A stretch of DNA of 64,000 bases, from positions 26,726-90,725 of the forward strand of contig OMVJ01000005.1 of NCBI GenBank assembly GCA_900314495.1, read 5' to 3'. The notes beneath the pieces are model-generated. The model made no database searches. It saw only the letters and a program-made list of their open reading frames with translations, and had not been told where the DNA came from. Positions within the stretch are counted from its first letter, which is position 1, and each line of letters begins with the position of its first letter. The position numbers and the translations under genes are program-made. This document shows, piece by piece, positions 18,361 to 28,410 of this stretch. The DNA is from an uncultured Olsenella sp. Its GTDB lineage: Bacteria > Actinomycetota > Coriobacteriia > Coriobacteriales > Atopobiaceae.

Positions 18361-19812
18361 ATGACATTCGATTCGGAACTCCTGAAGGACGTGGATGCGT
18401 ATGTGCGGGACTCCCTGCCGCAGATGCTGGATGACCTTGGCGATCTGATTGCCATCCCCAGCACAGAGGGGGAGCCCGAGGAGGGCGCGCCGTACGGGCG
18501 CGAGGTCCGCCGCGCGTTGGACCAGGCGCTCGGTATCGCGAACAGGTTTGGGTTCGCGACGAACGACGGGGAGGGCTACGTTGGCTACGCCAGCATGCCC
18601 GGTAGCGCGGGCCTTCCGGGCCACCTGGCGACCATCGCTCACGTGGACGTTGTGCCAGCGGGGGACGGCTGGCACTTCCCGCCCTTCACCATGACCCAGA
18701 AGGATGGTTGGCTCATCGGCCGAGGCACGGATGACGACAAGAACGCCGCCATCGTCACGCTGTATGCCGCACGCTACCTGCGAGAGCACGGCGGTCTTCG
18801 ACACGACCTGCGCCTGCTCTTCGGCTGCAACGAGGAAACGGGCATGCACGACATTCCCCAGTACCTCTCCCGCAACGAGGAGCCACTCTTCTGCCTGGTG
18901 CCCGACGTCTACTTCCCGGTGACCAACGGTGAGAAGGGCATGTATGCCGTCACGGTGACCAGCGCCCCGTGCGAGGGGGCGGTGCTGGACTTCCAAGGCG
19001 GAAGCGTCTCCAACGCCGTACCAGGCAAGGCTACCGTGACCGTGCGGTGCAGCAAGGAGCTGGAGTCCTGCTGGATGCCGGGCTTCGAGACCGAGGATTC
19101 TGCCGCCGATGGCGCACCGGGCCGCATTGCGGTGCGCAAGGAGGATGGCGTCTACGAGGTGACGGCATTTGGCAAGGCCGGGCATGCCGCAGAGCCGGAG
19201 GAGGCCGTGAACGCGATTGGCCTCTTGGTGCAGTACCTGCTCCAGAACGACGTCTTGCAGGAATGCGAGAAGCCCTTCTTCGGCTTCCTGGCCGATGTCT
19301 TTGCGGACTCATACGGCGAGGCACTGGGGATGGCCTGCCAGGATCAGACCTTCGGCGCCCTGACGGCGGTTGGTGGCACCATTCGCAAGTGCGATGGCAG
19401 GTTCGTGCTGACGATTGACTGTCGTTTCCCGGGGAACACGAGTTGGAAGGCCGTGCACGCTGCGGTTGCCCTGCGCGCGGAAGCCGCTGGGGCCACGATC
19501 GAGGTCGACAAGGCCTCCGACTCCTTCTTCATCTCCGCGGACTCCCAGGCGGTGCGCACCTGCGTTGACGTGAGCAACTCCGTGCTTGGACACCAGGACG
19601 AGCCGGAGGTCATAAGCGGAACGACCTTTGCGCGCATGTTCAGGAACGCCGTGGGGTTCGGCTTGGACGACCTGACGGAGGACATGCCGGACTTCGTGGG
19701 CATGCTCCATGGTCCTGACGAGGGCTTCAGCGTGAGGCAGCTGCAGGTTGCGCTCAAGGTTTACATTCTTACCCTCTTGGAGCTGGACAAGCTGGACTAT
19801 GCTGCCGTGTGA
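18361..19812 (+). CDS. M20-family dipeptidase (PepV/Sapep-like)
   Basis: LGDLIAIPS, IAHVDVVPAG, GRGTDDDKNA, GCNEETG (metal ligands of M20A dipeptidases). Start ATG 18361 chosen by homology. Confidence 0.8.
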   Translation: MTFDSELLKDVDAYVRDSLPQMLDDLGDLIAIPSTEGEPEEGAPYGREVRRALDQALGIANRFGFATNDGEGYVGYASMPGSAGLPGHLATIAHVDVVPAGDGWHFPPFTMTQKDGWLIGRGTDDDKNAAIVTLYAARYLREHGGLRHDLRLLFGCNEETGMHDIPQYLSRNEEPLFCLVPDVYFPVTNGEKGMYAVTVTSAPCEGAVLDFQGGSVSNAVPGKATVTVRCSKELESCWMPGFETEDSAADGAPGRIAVRKEDGVYEVTAFGKAGHAAEPEEAVNAIGLLVQYLLQNDVLQECEKPFFGFLADVFADSYGEALGMACQDQTFGALTAVGGTIRKCDGRFVLTIDCRFPGNTSWKAVHAAVALRAEAAGATIEVDKASDSFFISADSQAVRTCVDVSNSVLGHQDEPEVISGTTFARMFRNAVGFGLDDLTEDMPDFVGMLHGPDEGFSVRQLQVALKVYILTLLELDKLDYAAV

Positions 19813-19853
19813 CAAAGGGGGATGACAAATGGGGACGTTTCCCTTTTGACACG
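19810..19853. repeat. Type-B repeat (one full unit 19823-19853 plus a partial unit 19810-19822)
   Basis: TGACAAAGGGGGA + TGACAAATGGGGACGTTTCCCTTTTGACACG. Its first 3 nt are the dipeptidase TGA stop. It lies between convergent genes. Confidence 0.85.
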
Positions 19854-19868
19854 AGGCGTTGGTCCGGC

Positions 19869-21239
19869 TCAACCGGCCAGCGCCTCGCGGCGTTCCCTGC
19901 GATTCCAGCGCAGGTAGAAGTAGGTGACCTCCACCACGCAGCACGACATCCACCCAACTGGGTAGCCAAAGCCAATGGTGGCGGGCGTGTTGCTTATGAA
20001 GTTAGCCATCACAAACAGGTAGGTCTGCCTCAGGGCGACGAAGCAGCTCAGCATGATGACCATGGGGCCCAGCGAGTCGCCCCGGCCCCTCAGCGCGCCG
20101 GCCAACACGTGGTTGACGCAATTGAAGAGGGCGAAGTACAGATTGACCCGCACGAACCGGACGCCAACATCAATCACGTCTGCGTCGCTGGTGAAGAGGC
20201 CTATGCCTTGCGGCGCGAAGAGCTCTATTACGCTCACGACGGCAAACGTCAGCGTGAGCGCCAGTAGCAGGGAGTACTTCGTTCCCTTGTTGACGCGCGT
20301 GATGTTGCGGGCGCCGACGTTCTGGCTCACGAAGGTGGTCGCCGCCATGGAGATGGTCTGCATGAGCAGCATGGCGAACTCTGCCAGCTTCATGTACACC
20401 GTCCAGCCGGCCATGACAGTGGCTCCGAAGAAGTTGATGTACGACTGAACGACCACGTTGGAGAGCGACGTGATGGCGGACTGCAGGCCGGCGGGAATGC
20501 CGATTGTCAGGATTCCGCGCAGCACTGTCCCGTTCATGCAGAGGTCCCGCCAGGCGAAGCGATAGACGTCGGTGGTGTGGGTGAGCAGCCTCAGCACGAG
20601 CACCGCGGAGACCAGCTGGGAGACGACGGTTGCCAGCGACGCCCCCTCTATGCCCATGCCCAGGCCGACGACGAAGGCCAGGTCAAGCACCACGTTGAGC
20701 AGGCTGGTCAGGATGAGCAGGTAGAGCGGGCGGACGGAGTCACCCACCGCGCGCAGGATTCCGCTGCACATGTTGTAGACCAGAAGCCCGCTTATGCCCG
20801 CAAAGTAGATCCGCAGGTAGGCGCTGGCGTCACCGAAGACGTCCGCAGGCGTGGACATGACTGCCAGCAGGCGCTCCTCACCAAGCACGCCCACCACGGT
20901 GAAGGCCGCGCAGAGGACGAACGTGAGGGCCATGGTCGTCTCCACTGCCGTGTGCAGCTTCTCGGTCTCCCTCGCGCCGAAGTGCCTGCCAATGAGGACG
21001 CTGGCGCCAATCGAGAATCCCGCGAAGAAGAACACCGCGACGTTGACAACGGGCGTCGTGGACCCCATGGCGGCCAGCGCCTGCTTTCCCACGAACTGGC
21101 CCATGACCGCGGAGTCGACAACGTTGTAGAGCATCTGGAAGATGTTGCCCAGCAAGAGCGGCAGGGAAAACCCGACTATCTGACGAACGATGGGCCCCTG
21201 CGTCATGTCCTTGGACGTGGTGCCGTGCCTTTCCTGCAA
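19869..21239 (-). CDS. MATE-family efflux transporter
   Basis: N-terminal GPIVRQIVGFSLPLLLGNIFQMLYNVVDSAVMGQFVG and 12-TM architecture. Confidence 0.85.
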   Translation of the reverse strand: MQERHGTTSKDMTQGPIVRQIVGFSLPLLLGNIFQMLYNVVDSAVMGQFVGKQALAAMGSTTPVVNVAVFFFAGFSIGASVLIGRHFGARETEKLHTAVETTMALTFVLCAAFTVVGVLGEERLLAVMSTPADVFGDASAYLRIYFAGISGLLVYNMCSGILRAVGDSVRPLYLLILTSLLNVVLDLAFVVGLGMGIEGASLATVVSQLVSAVLVLRLLTHTTDVYRFAWRDLCMNGTVLRGILTIGIPAGLQSAITSLSNVVVQSYINFFGATVMAGWTVYMKLAEFAMLLMQTISMAATTFVSQNVGARNITRVNKGTKYSLLLALTLTFAVVSVIELFAPQGIGLFTSDADVIDVGVRFVRVNLYFALFNCVNHVLAGALRGRGDSLGPMVIMLSCFVALRQTYLFVMANFISNTPATIGFGYPVGWMSCCVVEVTYFYLRWNRRERREALAG

Positions 21240-21241
21240 GC

Positions 21242-22060
21242 CTATGCCCCCAGCACGAACTTCTCGATGACCTCTGCCACGCCTCCGGCGTCGTTGTCGT
21301 CGTGGGTGACGTAGTCCGCGCGGGGCTTGAGCTCCTCCGGCGCGTTGGCCATGAGCACGCCCAGGCCTGCGGCTTCCACCATGGACAGGTCGTTGTAGTT
21401 GTCGCCGATGGCTATGGTTTGCTCGCGCGGCACGCCCAGCATGTCCGCCAGGCGCATGAGGCCGGCGCCCTTGTTCACTCCGCGCGCGTTGAACTCCAGG
21501 TAGCGGTTGGATGAGTAGCTCACGTCGATGTCGGCCGTGATGTCCTGGAAGTCCCGGGCAATGCGGTGCAGGTAGTCCTGGTCAAGGTTCATGAGCAGGC
21601 ACTTGACGATCTGCTGGCCGCGCAGGAAGTCCAGGTTGGGCTCGGTGGTGCGGACCATGTTCATGCGGCTGCCGATGTAGTCCCACTCCGCCTGGGGCAC
21701 GTTCCATGCCCAAACGACGTCTGTGGTGTACACGTGCACGCAGACGTCGCCCAGGGCAAGGCCACGGAGCAGGACCTGGTTGGCGAAGTCCCAGCTGATG
21801 CCCTGCAGGTACATGATGCGGTTGCCGCGGTTCTCCGTGATCGCCCCGCTGTTGAACGAGATGGTGTACTCGCCGGGCAGGTCTCGCAGGCCAAGCTCTT
21901 CCAGCGTGCCCTGCATTGTGGTGAAGCCGCGCCCGGATGCGGGCACGAAGCGGACGCCACGCTCACGTGCCGCCGCAACGGCCGCCTTCACGCGCGTCGG
22001 AATCTGGTGGTTGGAGTCAAGAAGTGTCTCGTCCAGGTCGCAGGTGATGATCTTGTACAT
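21242..22060 (-). CDS. Cof-type HAD-IIB phosphatase
   Basis: IITCDLDETLL (DxD nucleophile motif), ASGR, GDNYNDLSM. Confidence 0.85.
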   Translation of the reverse strand: MYKIITCDLDETLLDSNHQIPTRVKAAVAAARERGVRFVPASGRGFTTMQGTLEELGLRDLPGEYTISFNSGAITENRGNRIMYLQGISWDFANQVLLRGLALGDVCVHVYTTDVVWAWNVPQAEWDYIGSRMNMVRTTEPNLDFLRGQQIVKCLLMNLDQDYLHRIARDFQDITADIDVSYSSNRYLEFNARGVNKGAGLMRLADMLGVPREQTIAIGDNYNDLSMVEAAGLGVLMANAPEELKPRADYVTHDDNDAGGVAEVIEKFVLGA

Positions 22061-22177
22061 GGCGGGGCCTCCCGGGTGGTGGCTGCGGAAAGAGCGGCGG
22101 TTGCGCGGAACACAAGTGTACTCGCGTAACCGCCGTCGTGGGCTATTGCCGACGCCTGCGTCAGAGAACTACGCGTA

Positions 22178-23338
22178 CTAGAGCGCCGCGCGGAAGATCT
22201 GGATGATGTCGTCCTTGGTCAGCGGCACGTAGGATCCCTTGCAGCCGTCGGCGGCCTTCTGGGCCATGACCTCGAAGTTCTTCTCGTCGGTGATGCCCAC
22301 CTCGCGCAGGGTGGCGGGCATGCCCATGGTGACGAAGAAAAACTCGCGCGTCTTGGAGATGGCCTCGTGCGCAACTGCGTAGTCGTCCAGGCCCTGGATG
22401 CCCCAGACGCGGTGGCCGTAGCGGGCGAAGTCCGCCACAGTGTCAACGGAGAGCACGTGCTCCATCCAGGCCGGGGTGAGGATGGCCAGGCCCTCGCCGT
22501 GGGTGATGTCATAGAAAGCGGAGAGCTCGTGCTCCATGGGGTGCACGCACCATGCGTTGGCACTGCCGTTGCCCACCAGGCCGTTGATGGCGTTGGAGGC
22601 CGCCCACATGAGGTTGGCGCGGGCTGCGTAGTCGTCCGGGTGCTGCAGGGCAATGGGGCCGTACTTGACCATGGTGCGCAGCAGGCCCTCGCAGAACTCC
22701 TTCTGCACGTCCACGTCCTGCTCGCGCGTGAAGTAGTTCTCGAAGGTGTGGCTCATCATGTCCGCCGTGCCGGCGGCCGTCTGGCGGCGCGAGACCGTGA
22801 ACGTGTACGTGGGGTCGAGCACGGACATGGTGGGCACCATGCAGGGGGCGCCGGTGCCCCACTTCTCGTTCTTGGACATGTCCGTGATGACCGCGAACTT
22901 GTCCATCTCCGACCCCGTGGCCGAGAGGGTGAGCACCGAGTAGATGGGCAGGGCCTTGTTTGCCTTGGAGCCGTCAAGCACCAGGTCCCAGGGGTCACCG
23001 TCGTAGAGGGCACCCGCGGCGATGACCTTTGCCGCGTCTATGGTGGAGCCGCCGCCGATGGCCAGCACCATCTGCAGGCCGCACTGCCTGCAGAGGTCGA
23101 CGCCACGGCGCACGGTCTGGATTCGTGGGTTGGGCTCCACGCCGGCCAGCTCCGTCACCTGCACGCCGGCCTCGGAAAGGATGCGCAGGGCCTCGTCGTA
23201 GATGCCGTTGCGCTTGATGGAGCCGCCGCCGTAGACCAGCAGCGCCTTGGAGCCAGACTCCGCAAGCTCACTCAGGTGGCTGATGGCACCCTTGCCAAAG
23301 TTGATGCGGGTGGGAACGTGGTAGGTGAAGTTGTACAT
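22178..23338 (-). CDS. Iron-containing (group III) alcohol dehydrogenase, BdhA/YqhD-like
   Basis: GGGSIKRNG, AIGGGSTIDAAK, and His-rich metal site HPMEHELSAFYDITHGEGLA. Confidence 0.85.
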   Translation of the reverse strand: MYNFTYHVPTRINFGKGAISHLSELAESGSKALLVYGGGSIKRNGIYDEALRILSEAGVQVTELAGVEPNPRIQTVRRGVDLCRQCGLQMVLAIGGGSTIDAAKVIAAGALYDGDPWDLVLDGSKANKALPIYSVLTLSATGSEMDKFAVITDMSKNEKWGTGAPCMVPTMSVLDPTYTFTVSRRQTAAGTADMMSHTFENYFTREQDVDVQKEFCEGLLRTMVKYGPIALQHPDDYAARANLMWAASNAINGLVGNGSANAWCVHPMEHELSAFYDITHGEGLAILTPAWMEHVLSVDTVADFARYGHRVWGIQGLDDYAVAHEAISKTREFFFVTMGMPATLREVGITDEKNFEVMAQKAADGCKGSYVPLTKDDIIQIFRAAL

Positions 23339-23755
23339 GATCTCTCCTTTTCCCTGACGGTTGGCTCTGGGCCTGCGCGACGGTTGCCTTCGGTTCTTGT
23401 ACCCACTCGCCCCTCGTTTGTGACCTCATGGGGCGAGAATCGCGATGAGAGTTGCGAGTTGGCGTGGCGCAGTCCCCAGAGGCGGCGGCAGCGGGTGCCG
23501 CACGACGGGCACTGCTTCTGCATAATGCACAAATATGCATAAACAAAGCTATTGTGGCAATGTGCTGACACACATCTTGCATCTGTCGACGCCCAGCAAG
23601 TGGTGGGTTGATTGGAGAAGAATTTTGAATAAAGCCCATGTACCGCGGGTATATGAGGATGTACGGAGTTGCGCCAACGAAGGCGTGCAGCCAAGGAGCT
23701 GTTGCTACATGGCTAAGTAAAAATTGGATATAAGAAACCATGCGATATTGATGGA

Positions 23756-26700
23756 TTGAGCGTGATTGGGGGAGAGATGGTTGGATGGGGAGCTGAGAAC
23801 GGCCGTCGCGGAGGGTCTGCTGACCGTCTGCTGAGGCAGGTCGGAAGGCGTGTGCTCACCGGCACGCTCTCCCTTGCGGTGACTACGTCGCTGGTGCCGT
23901 ACCCCACGGCATGGGCTCTGCCGGAGGTGGATGCGCCGAAGGCTGACGCGGCGGATGGCGAGGCGGATTCCAATGCGGATTCCAACGCGGATGCCGAGGG
24001 CGTGCCAGAGAAACCTGGTGGGGGTGAGGATTCTGCCACGCAGCAGGATTCTGGCGGCCAGGCTGGTACGGAGGACGGCGATGCCGAAACGGGGGATGCC
24101 GCGGAGGGCGGTAGCGAGGCCGATGGCGATGCCGAGGGTAGGGAGGAGCCAGATGGGGATGAAGAGGAGCCTGACCACACGCCCCCTGAGCTGACCCTAT
24201 CGATGGGAGGCGAGCCCTGCGTTGGCACAGATGGCATCTATGAATCGCGCACCGCCACACTCCGCACGGAGAAGGGTGCTACCCTGGCGTTGCATGTCCG
24301 GAAGGATGGGGAGCGGATTGTGTTGCCCACCGATGATCCCGACTGGTGCACGTGGAGCGAGGATGGCACTGAACTCACGGTGCGCTTCCCCGAGGGACGG
24401 TACTCGGACCTCATGGCGTATGCGAGCAATTCCGCCGGGAAGTCAAGCAAAAGTTCCACTGACGGGGCGTTCACGGTGGATGCCACCGCACCCGTGTTGG
24501 AGGCGGTCTCATCCCAAGGCGTCGTGGCCGAGAACCAGCGGACCCCTCGCCGCTACACGTTCACGGTCAGGGACGCGAACTTTGATGCAGGGTCCATGCT
24601 CATCGTCAACGAGCGCGCCGATGCGAACGAGTCGCTGGTCAGTGCGGGTGACTGGCACCGTGTGGGCGAGGACATCTACCAGGCAACGGTGGAATGCGGC
24701 TCTCTGCCAGGCGAGGACGGCCGCACCTACCAGCTTAAGATTTCTGGCACGGATGCGGCTGGCCACGAGCTGGAGCTTGCCGAGGGCATCTCTGCCGAGA
24801 CGAGCCCCTTTGTTGTGGATGCTACCGGCCCCCGGGTGACGATCGTGGGCCCTGGGGACGTGCGCTACTTCGATGACGCGAAGACGGCCCCGGTCACCGT
24901 CCTTCCGCGGGACCTTGGCGGCGGCGAAGACCCGACGCGCTGGCGCAAGGACTACTTCTCCACACCCACCTACTGGCAGATCAGCGTGACTGACAGGTAC
25001 TTCGACCCCGTCAACTCCACCATCGACGGGGTCGAGGCCCCATGGAAGCTCTCCATCCAGGACATGACGGGGGAGATCTCCTACACGGCGACCGTGCCTG
25101 CCGATCCTGTGGGCCTCACGACCGGCACGTATCGGCGAGACTACATGGGGGATGGCGACTACAGGACGCCCGAGATACACATACAGGACGTGGCGGGCAA
25201 CGAAGGCGTTGGCGAGGCCTACGAGCATTACCGCTCCCAGGAGTTCACCATCGACACGGTGGCGCCGCACCTTGCGGGTGTGGAATGGGTCAACTACGGC
25301 GTTACCGACCCAAGCAAGAACATGGGCACGGAAGGCGCCCCGGTGGCCTTCTTCCGCCATGGCCAGAGCGACGTGACGCGTTCGCTCAAGGTGACCGTGG
25401 ACGAGCGAAACCTTGATGCCGCGAAGTCGGTGGTCACCGTGACCAGGACCGATGCCACGGTCATGGGTGGGACGGCCGGTGCGAGGCAGGAGGTAACAAG
25501 CGAGAACGGCTGGGCGTCCGCTGCCGAAGACGCCTCGGCAACGACGAACGAGCTGACCATAGACTTCAGCAAGGACGGCCAGTATGAGGTGGCTGCGTCA
25601 CTCTGGGACCTAGCGGGGCACAGCGAGCTGCACGACCAGCTGGTAGACAGCTTCGTGGTGGACAACACCCCACCTGCCGTGAGCGCTCCCACCTTCCACA
25701 GGAAGGGCGAGGACGGAACCCTGCGCCCCATAGACAGGGCCGAGTTCACCCCCAACGGAACGACCTACTTTGCGGAGCCGGTCTACGTTGAGGTAATGGT
25801 GACGGACCGCAACCTGGACGCCGAGTCCATTGAGGTGGACTTTGGCCCAGCATGTACGCAGGTCGGGGGTTGGGTCCGCGGCGAGACCAATTCCGACGGC
25901 ACGTACACCTACACGGGCCTCTTCGAGTACGGAGAAGCGGATGACGGCTCTACCTGCAAGCCACCCCGGGTGAGGGCGACCGACCGTGCCGGGAACGTTG
26001 GCCAGAGTCCCGCGGATGGGTCCGTCACGTTCTGCGTGGACCTGACGGCTCCCGAGGTGACGGCTGCCGCCACCAGCGACGGGCCGGTCTTCAGCGCGGA
26101 GGGCGGAGGGTATCAGTTCTTCAATGGCTCCAAGTTCGCGCGGCCCACGCTGCTGACGATCAGCTACGAGGACGTGCATCCCATAAAAGACGTCAGCCTA
26201 GAAGACCCGAACGGCGTGTACGCGGTGGAGAAGAGCATTGCGGAAGCGGCAACGCGGCATGCGGATGGCTCGTACCGAGGCCAGGTATCCATTCGCCTGC
26301 AAGACGGAGTGGACGTTCAGGCAGACGCCGAATTCGACAAGCGCATCGTGCTCAAGGTGACGGATGCCGCGGGCAACGTGCGAACTTGGAGCACAAGCCA
26401 GATGGGTACGGTGAGCGGCTGGAAGGCGGCTGCCGTGGCAAACGCCTCCATAAACGGCGGCGGCGTGTTTCCGGAGCGCCTGATAGAGGATCACACTGCA
26501 CCCGTGGTCGAGCTGACTGGTCCGGATGCGGACTCCTACAGCAACTCTGACCAAGTGGTTCGGGCGAGCGTGGACGAGTTCAACTTCCCGTACCTGCAGA
26601 GGTTTGACCCGCAACGGCCCGTCCTCACGGTGAAGAAACGGGAGGCCGATGCGAGCGGCACGCTCTCCTCCTGGGAGGTGCCCTGCTCGTCGTTCACGAG

Positions 26701-28387
26701 CGACGGCGAGGGGTGGAAGTTTGACCAGACGTTCGACGAGGACGGTCACTATTCCGTGCTGGCGCAGGTCGTCGACCTTGCGGGCAACTCGTCCGAGGAG
26801 GTCTCCCTTGGGGAATTCACGATAGACAAGACCGCGCCCAAGATTTCCATAGGCTTCGACAACGAGGACGTGCGCAACGGCAGGTACTACGACTCGGCCA
26901 GGGTCGCGACGGTGACGGTTGATGAGCACGACTTCGATCCAAGCCTGTTCACGGTGGAGACGGAGGGCACCGTGGGTGCATGGACGTCCGATGGGGACAC
27001 TCACACATGCCGCGTGGCCTTTGACGCCGACGGCACATACCACCTGAGCGTGAGCGGGAGGGACCTTGCCGGGAACGAGGCCACGCCGGTGGATGCCCCG
27101 GAGTTCGTGATTGACCAGACGGCTCCGTCCATAGACTTGGGCGGTATGGCCAAGACGGTAGCCTCGGCGGACGCGACGGTACCGGCGGAATCAGGGGCGC
27201 TGGAAGACCGACATGCCTACAACGGAACGGTGGCCCCACGCATTTCCTTCTCGGACGAGGCGAACCTCGACGCTGGGACTGCGACCTGGCGGATCGTCGG
27301 CGGGAAGAACGGCGACGTGACCGACGCGTTCGTGCGGAGCGTCACGGAAAACGGGGGAGCGAAGGTCGTTCAGTACGCAGACCTGGGCAGGCTGGGAGAC
27401 TCGGAGACTGGGGAGTCGTCGCTGCCCTACGGCGTGGGGGCGGACGACGTGTATGCCGTGACCGCAGAGGTGTCGGACCTTGCCGGGAACACCACGAGGG
27501 AGTCGATGGTGTTCTCGGTCAACCGCTTTGGGTCCAACTACCTGATCTCCGTTGTCGATGACGGGCGCCAGGTGGAGCCCGACGTCGCCACGCTGCTGAG
27601 CGAGGCGCCCACCATCACCGTGCACGAGATAAACGTCTCTGGCGCAAGCTCGGAGGCGAGCCAGGGGGTGCTCAAGGAGCACGCGAGCGTGACGACGCCG
27701 ATAGAGCGCGATGACTCGGGCGCGGCCTCGGGGTATGGTCTGGAGGCGCTTCCCGCCGAGGAGTCGGAGAATCCCTACGGGTGGGCCGAGTACGTATACA
27801 CCATCAGGTCTGGCAACTTCGGGAAGGGGTCCGACTCGGATTCCGGCGACGGGGGCCAGGGCCGGTACCGGGTGAACGTGACCTCGGACGACCTTGCCGG
27901 CAACGCAAACTCGACCGCAAGCTACTGGTCTTCGGATGTGAACCGGGTGACCGCCGAGGCCAAGCGCGGAACCGTGGACTTCACCTTGGACCAGGTCGCG
28001 CCGGCCGTCGTGGACGTGAACGTGCCCGAGGGCGTTGTGGTGGGGAATGCCTGCCAGGCCAGCTTTACCATCAGGGATTCCATCACCAACGGCAATGAGG
28101 TGCAGGTCAGGGTGGATGGGAAGCTGGTGAATGCGGCAGGGCCCGCCGACGGGAGGGGGACGTACACCTTTGACCTGCCGGCGCGGTCTCTAGTGCGACG
28201 CAACGTGGAGATTGTCGTGACTGACTATGCGGGGCGGAGGGACTCCGTGATTCGTAAGGGCTTCTACGTGACCAACCTGATTCCCGAGGGCCTGACCGCC
28301 CTGACGCTAGCCGGTGTGGTGGCATGGGCTATATGGTGGCACAGCGCAAAAGGCAAAGAGCGTAAACAGGCTGCGAGTGCCCGGTAG
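23756..28387 (+). CDS. Large secreted/surface protein with at least 9 Ig-like repeat modules, an acidic N-terminal low-complexity region and a C-terminal membrane anchor
   Basis: Signal-peptide-like RRVLTGTLSLAVTTSLVPYPTAWA. Nine recurrences of [FL]-x-x-D-x-[TV]-x-P (e.g. FTVDATAP, FVVDATGP, FTIDKTAP), typical of bacterial Ig-like domain starts. C-terminal LTALTLAGVVAWAIWW plus a basic tail. Start uncertain: TTG 23756, GTG 23762 or ATG 23777. Confidence 0.75.
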   Translation: MSVIGGEMVGWGAENGRRGGSADRLLRQVGRRVLTGTLSLAVTTSLVPYPTAWALPEVDAPKADAADGEADSNADSNADAEGVPEKPGGGEDSATQQDSGGQAGTEDGDAETGDAAEGGSEADGDAEGREEPDGDEEEPDHTPPELTLSMGGEPCVGTDGIYESRTATLRTEKGATLALHVRKDGERIVLPTDDPDWCTWSEDGTELTVRFPEGRYSDLMAYASNSAGKSSKSSTDGAFTVDATAPVLEAVSSQGVVAENQRTPRRYTFTVRDANFDAGSMLIVNERADANESLVSAGDWHRVGEDIYQATVECGSLPGEDGRTYQLKISGTDAAGHELELAEGISAETSPFVVDATGPRVTIVGPGDVRYFDDAKTAPVTVLPRDLGGGEDPTRWRKDYFSTPTYWQISVTDRYFDPVNSTIDGVEAPWKLSIQDMTGEISYTATVPADPVGLTTGTYRRDYMGDGDYRTPEIHIQDVAGNEGVGEAYEHYRSQEFTIDTVAPHLAGVEWVNYGVTDPSKNMGTEGAPVAFFRHGQSDVTRSLKVTVDERNLDAAKSVVTVTRTDATVMGGTAGARQEVTSENGWASAAEDASATTNELTIDFSKDGQYEVAASLWDLAGHSELHDQLVDSFVVDNTPPAVSAPTFHRKGEDGTLRPIDRAEFTPNGTTYFAEPVYVEVMVTDRNLDAESIEVDFGPACTQVGGWVRGETNSDGTYTYTGLFEYGEADDGSTCKPPRVRATDRAGNVGQSPADGSVTFCVDLTAPEVTAAATSDGPVFSAEGGGYQFFNGSKFARPTLLTISYEDVHPIKDVSLEDPNGVYAVEKSIAEAATRHADGSYRGQVSIRLQDGVDVQADAEFDKRIVLKVTDAAGNVRTWSTSQMGTVSGWKAAAVANASINGGGVFPERLIEDHTAPVVELTGPDADSYSNSDQVVRASVDEFNFPYLQRFDPQRPVLTVKKREADASGTLSSWEVPCSSFTSDGEGWKFDQTFDEDGHYSVLAQVVDLAGNSSEEVSLGEFTIDKTAPKISIGFDNEDVRNGRYYDSARVATVTVDEHDFDPSLFTVETEGTVGAWTSDGDTHTCRVAFDADGTYHLSVSGRDLAGNEATPVDAPEFVIDQTAPSIDLGGMAKTVASADATVPAESGALEDRHAYNGTVAPRISFSDEANLDAGTATWRIVGGKNGDVTDAFVRSVTENGGAKVVQYADLGRLGDSETGESSLPYGVGADDVYAVTAEVSDLAGNTTRESMVFSVNRFGSNYLISVVDDGRQVEPDVATLLSEAPTITVHEINVSGASSEASQGVLKEHASVTTPIERDDSGAASGYGLEALPAEESENPYGWAEYVYTIRSGNFGKGSDSDSGDGGQGRYRVNVTSDDLAGNANSTASYWSSDVNRVTAEAKRGTVDFTLDQVAPAVVDVNVPEGVVVGNACQASFTIRDSITNGNEVQVRVDGKLVNAAGPADGRGTYTFDLPARSLVRRNVEIVVTDYAGRRDSVIRKGFYVTNLIPEGLTALTLAGVVAWAIWWHSAKGKERKQAASAR

Positions 28388-28410
28388 GTCTTGGAGAGGG
28401 GGAGGTGGCC

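Noticed and set aside
23268-23741. Minus-strand ORFs (157 and 140 aa) in the AT-rich intergenic region upstream of the surface-protein gene
   Set aside because: They overlap the ADH gene start and span obvious non-coding AT-rich sequence with palindromes. They have no RBS and no motif, so this is more likely a regulatory region.
28270-28387. Canonical sortase LPXTG anchor on the large surface protein
   Set aside because: No LPXTG, LAXTG or NPQTN motif is present. Only the general tripartite layout is seen, with LIPEG, so it is reported as an open question rather than called.
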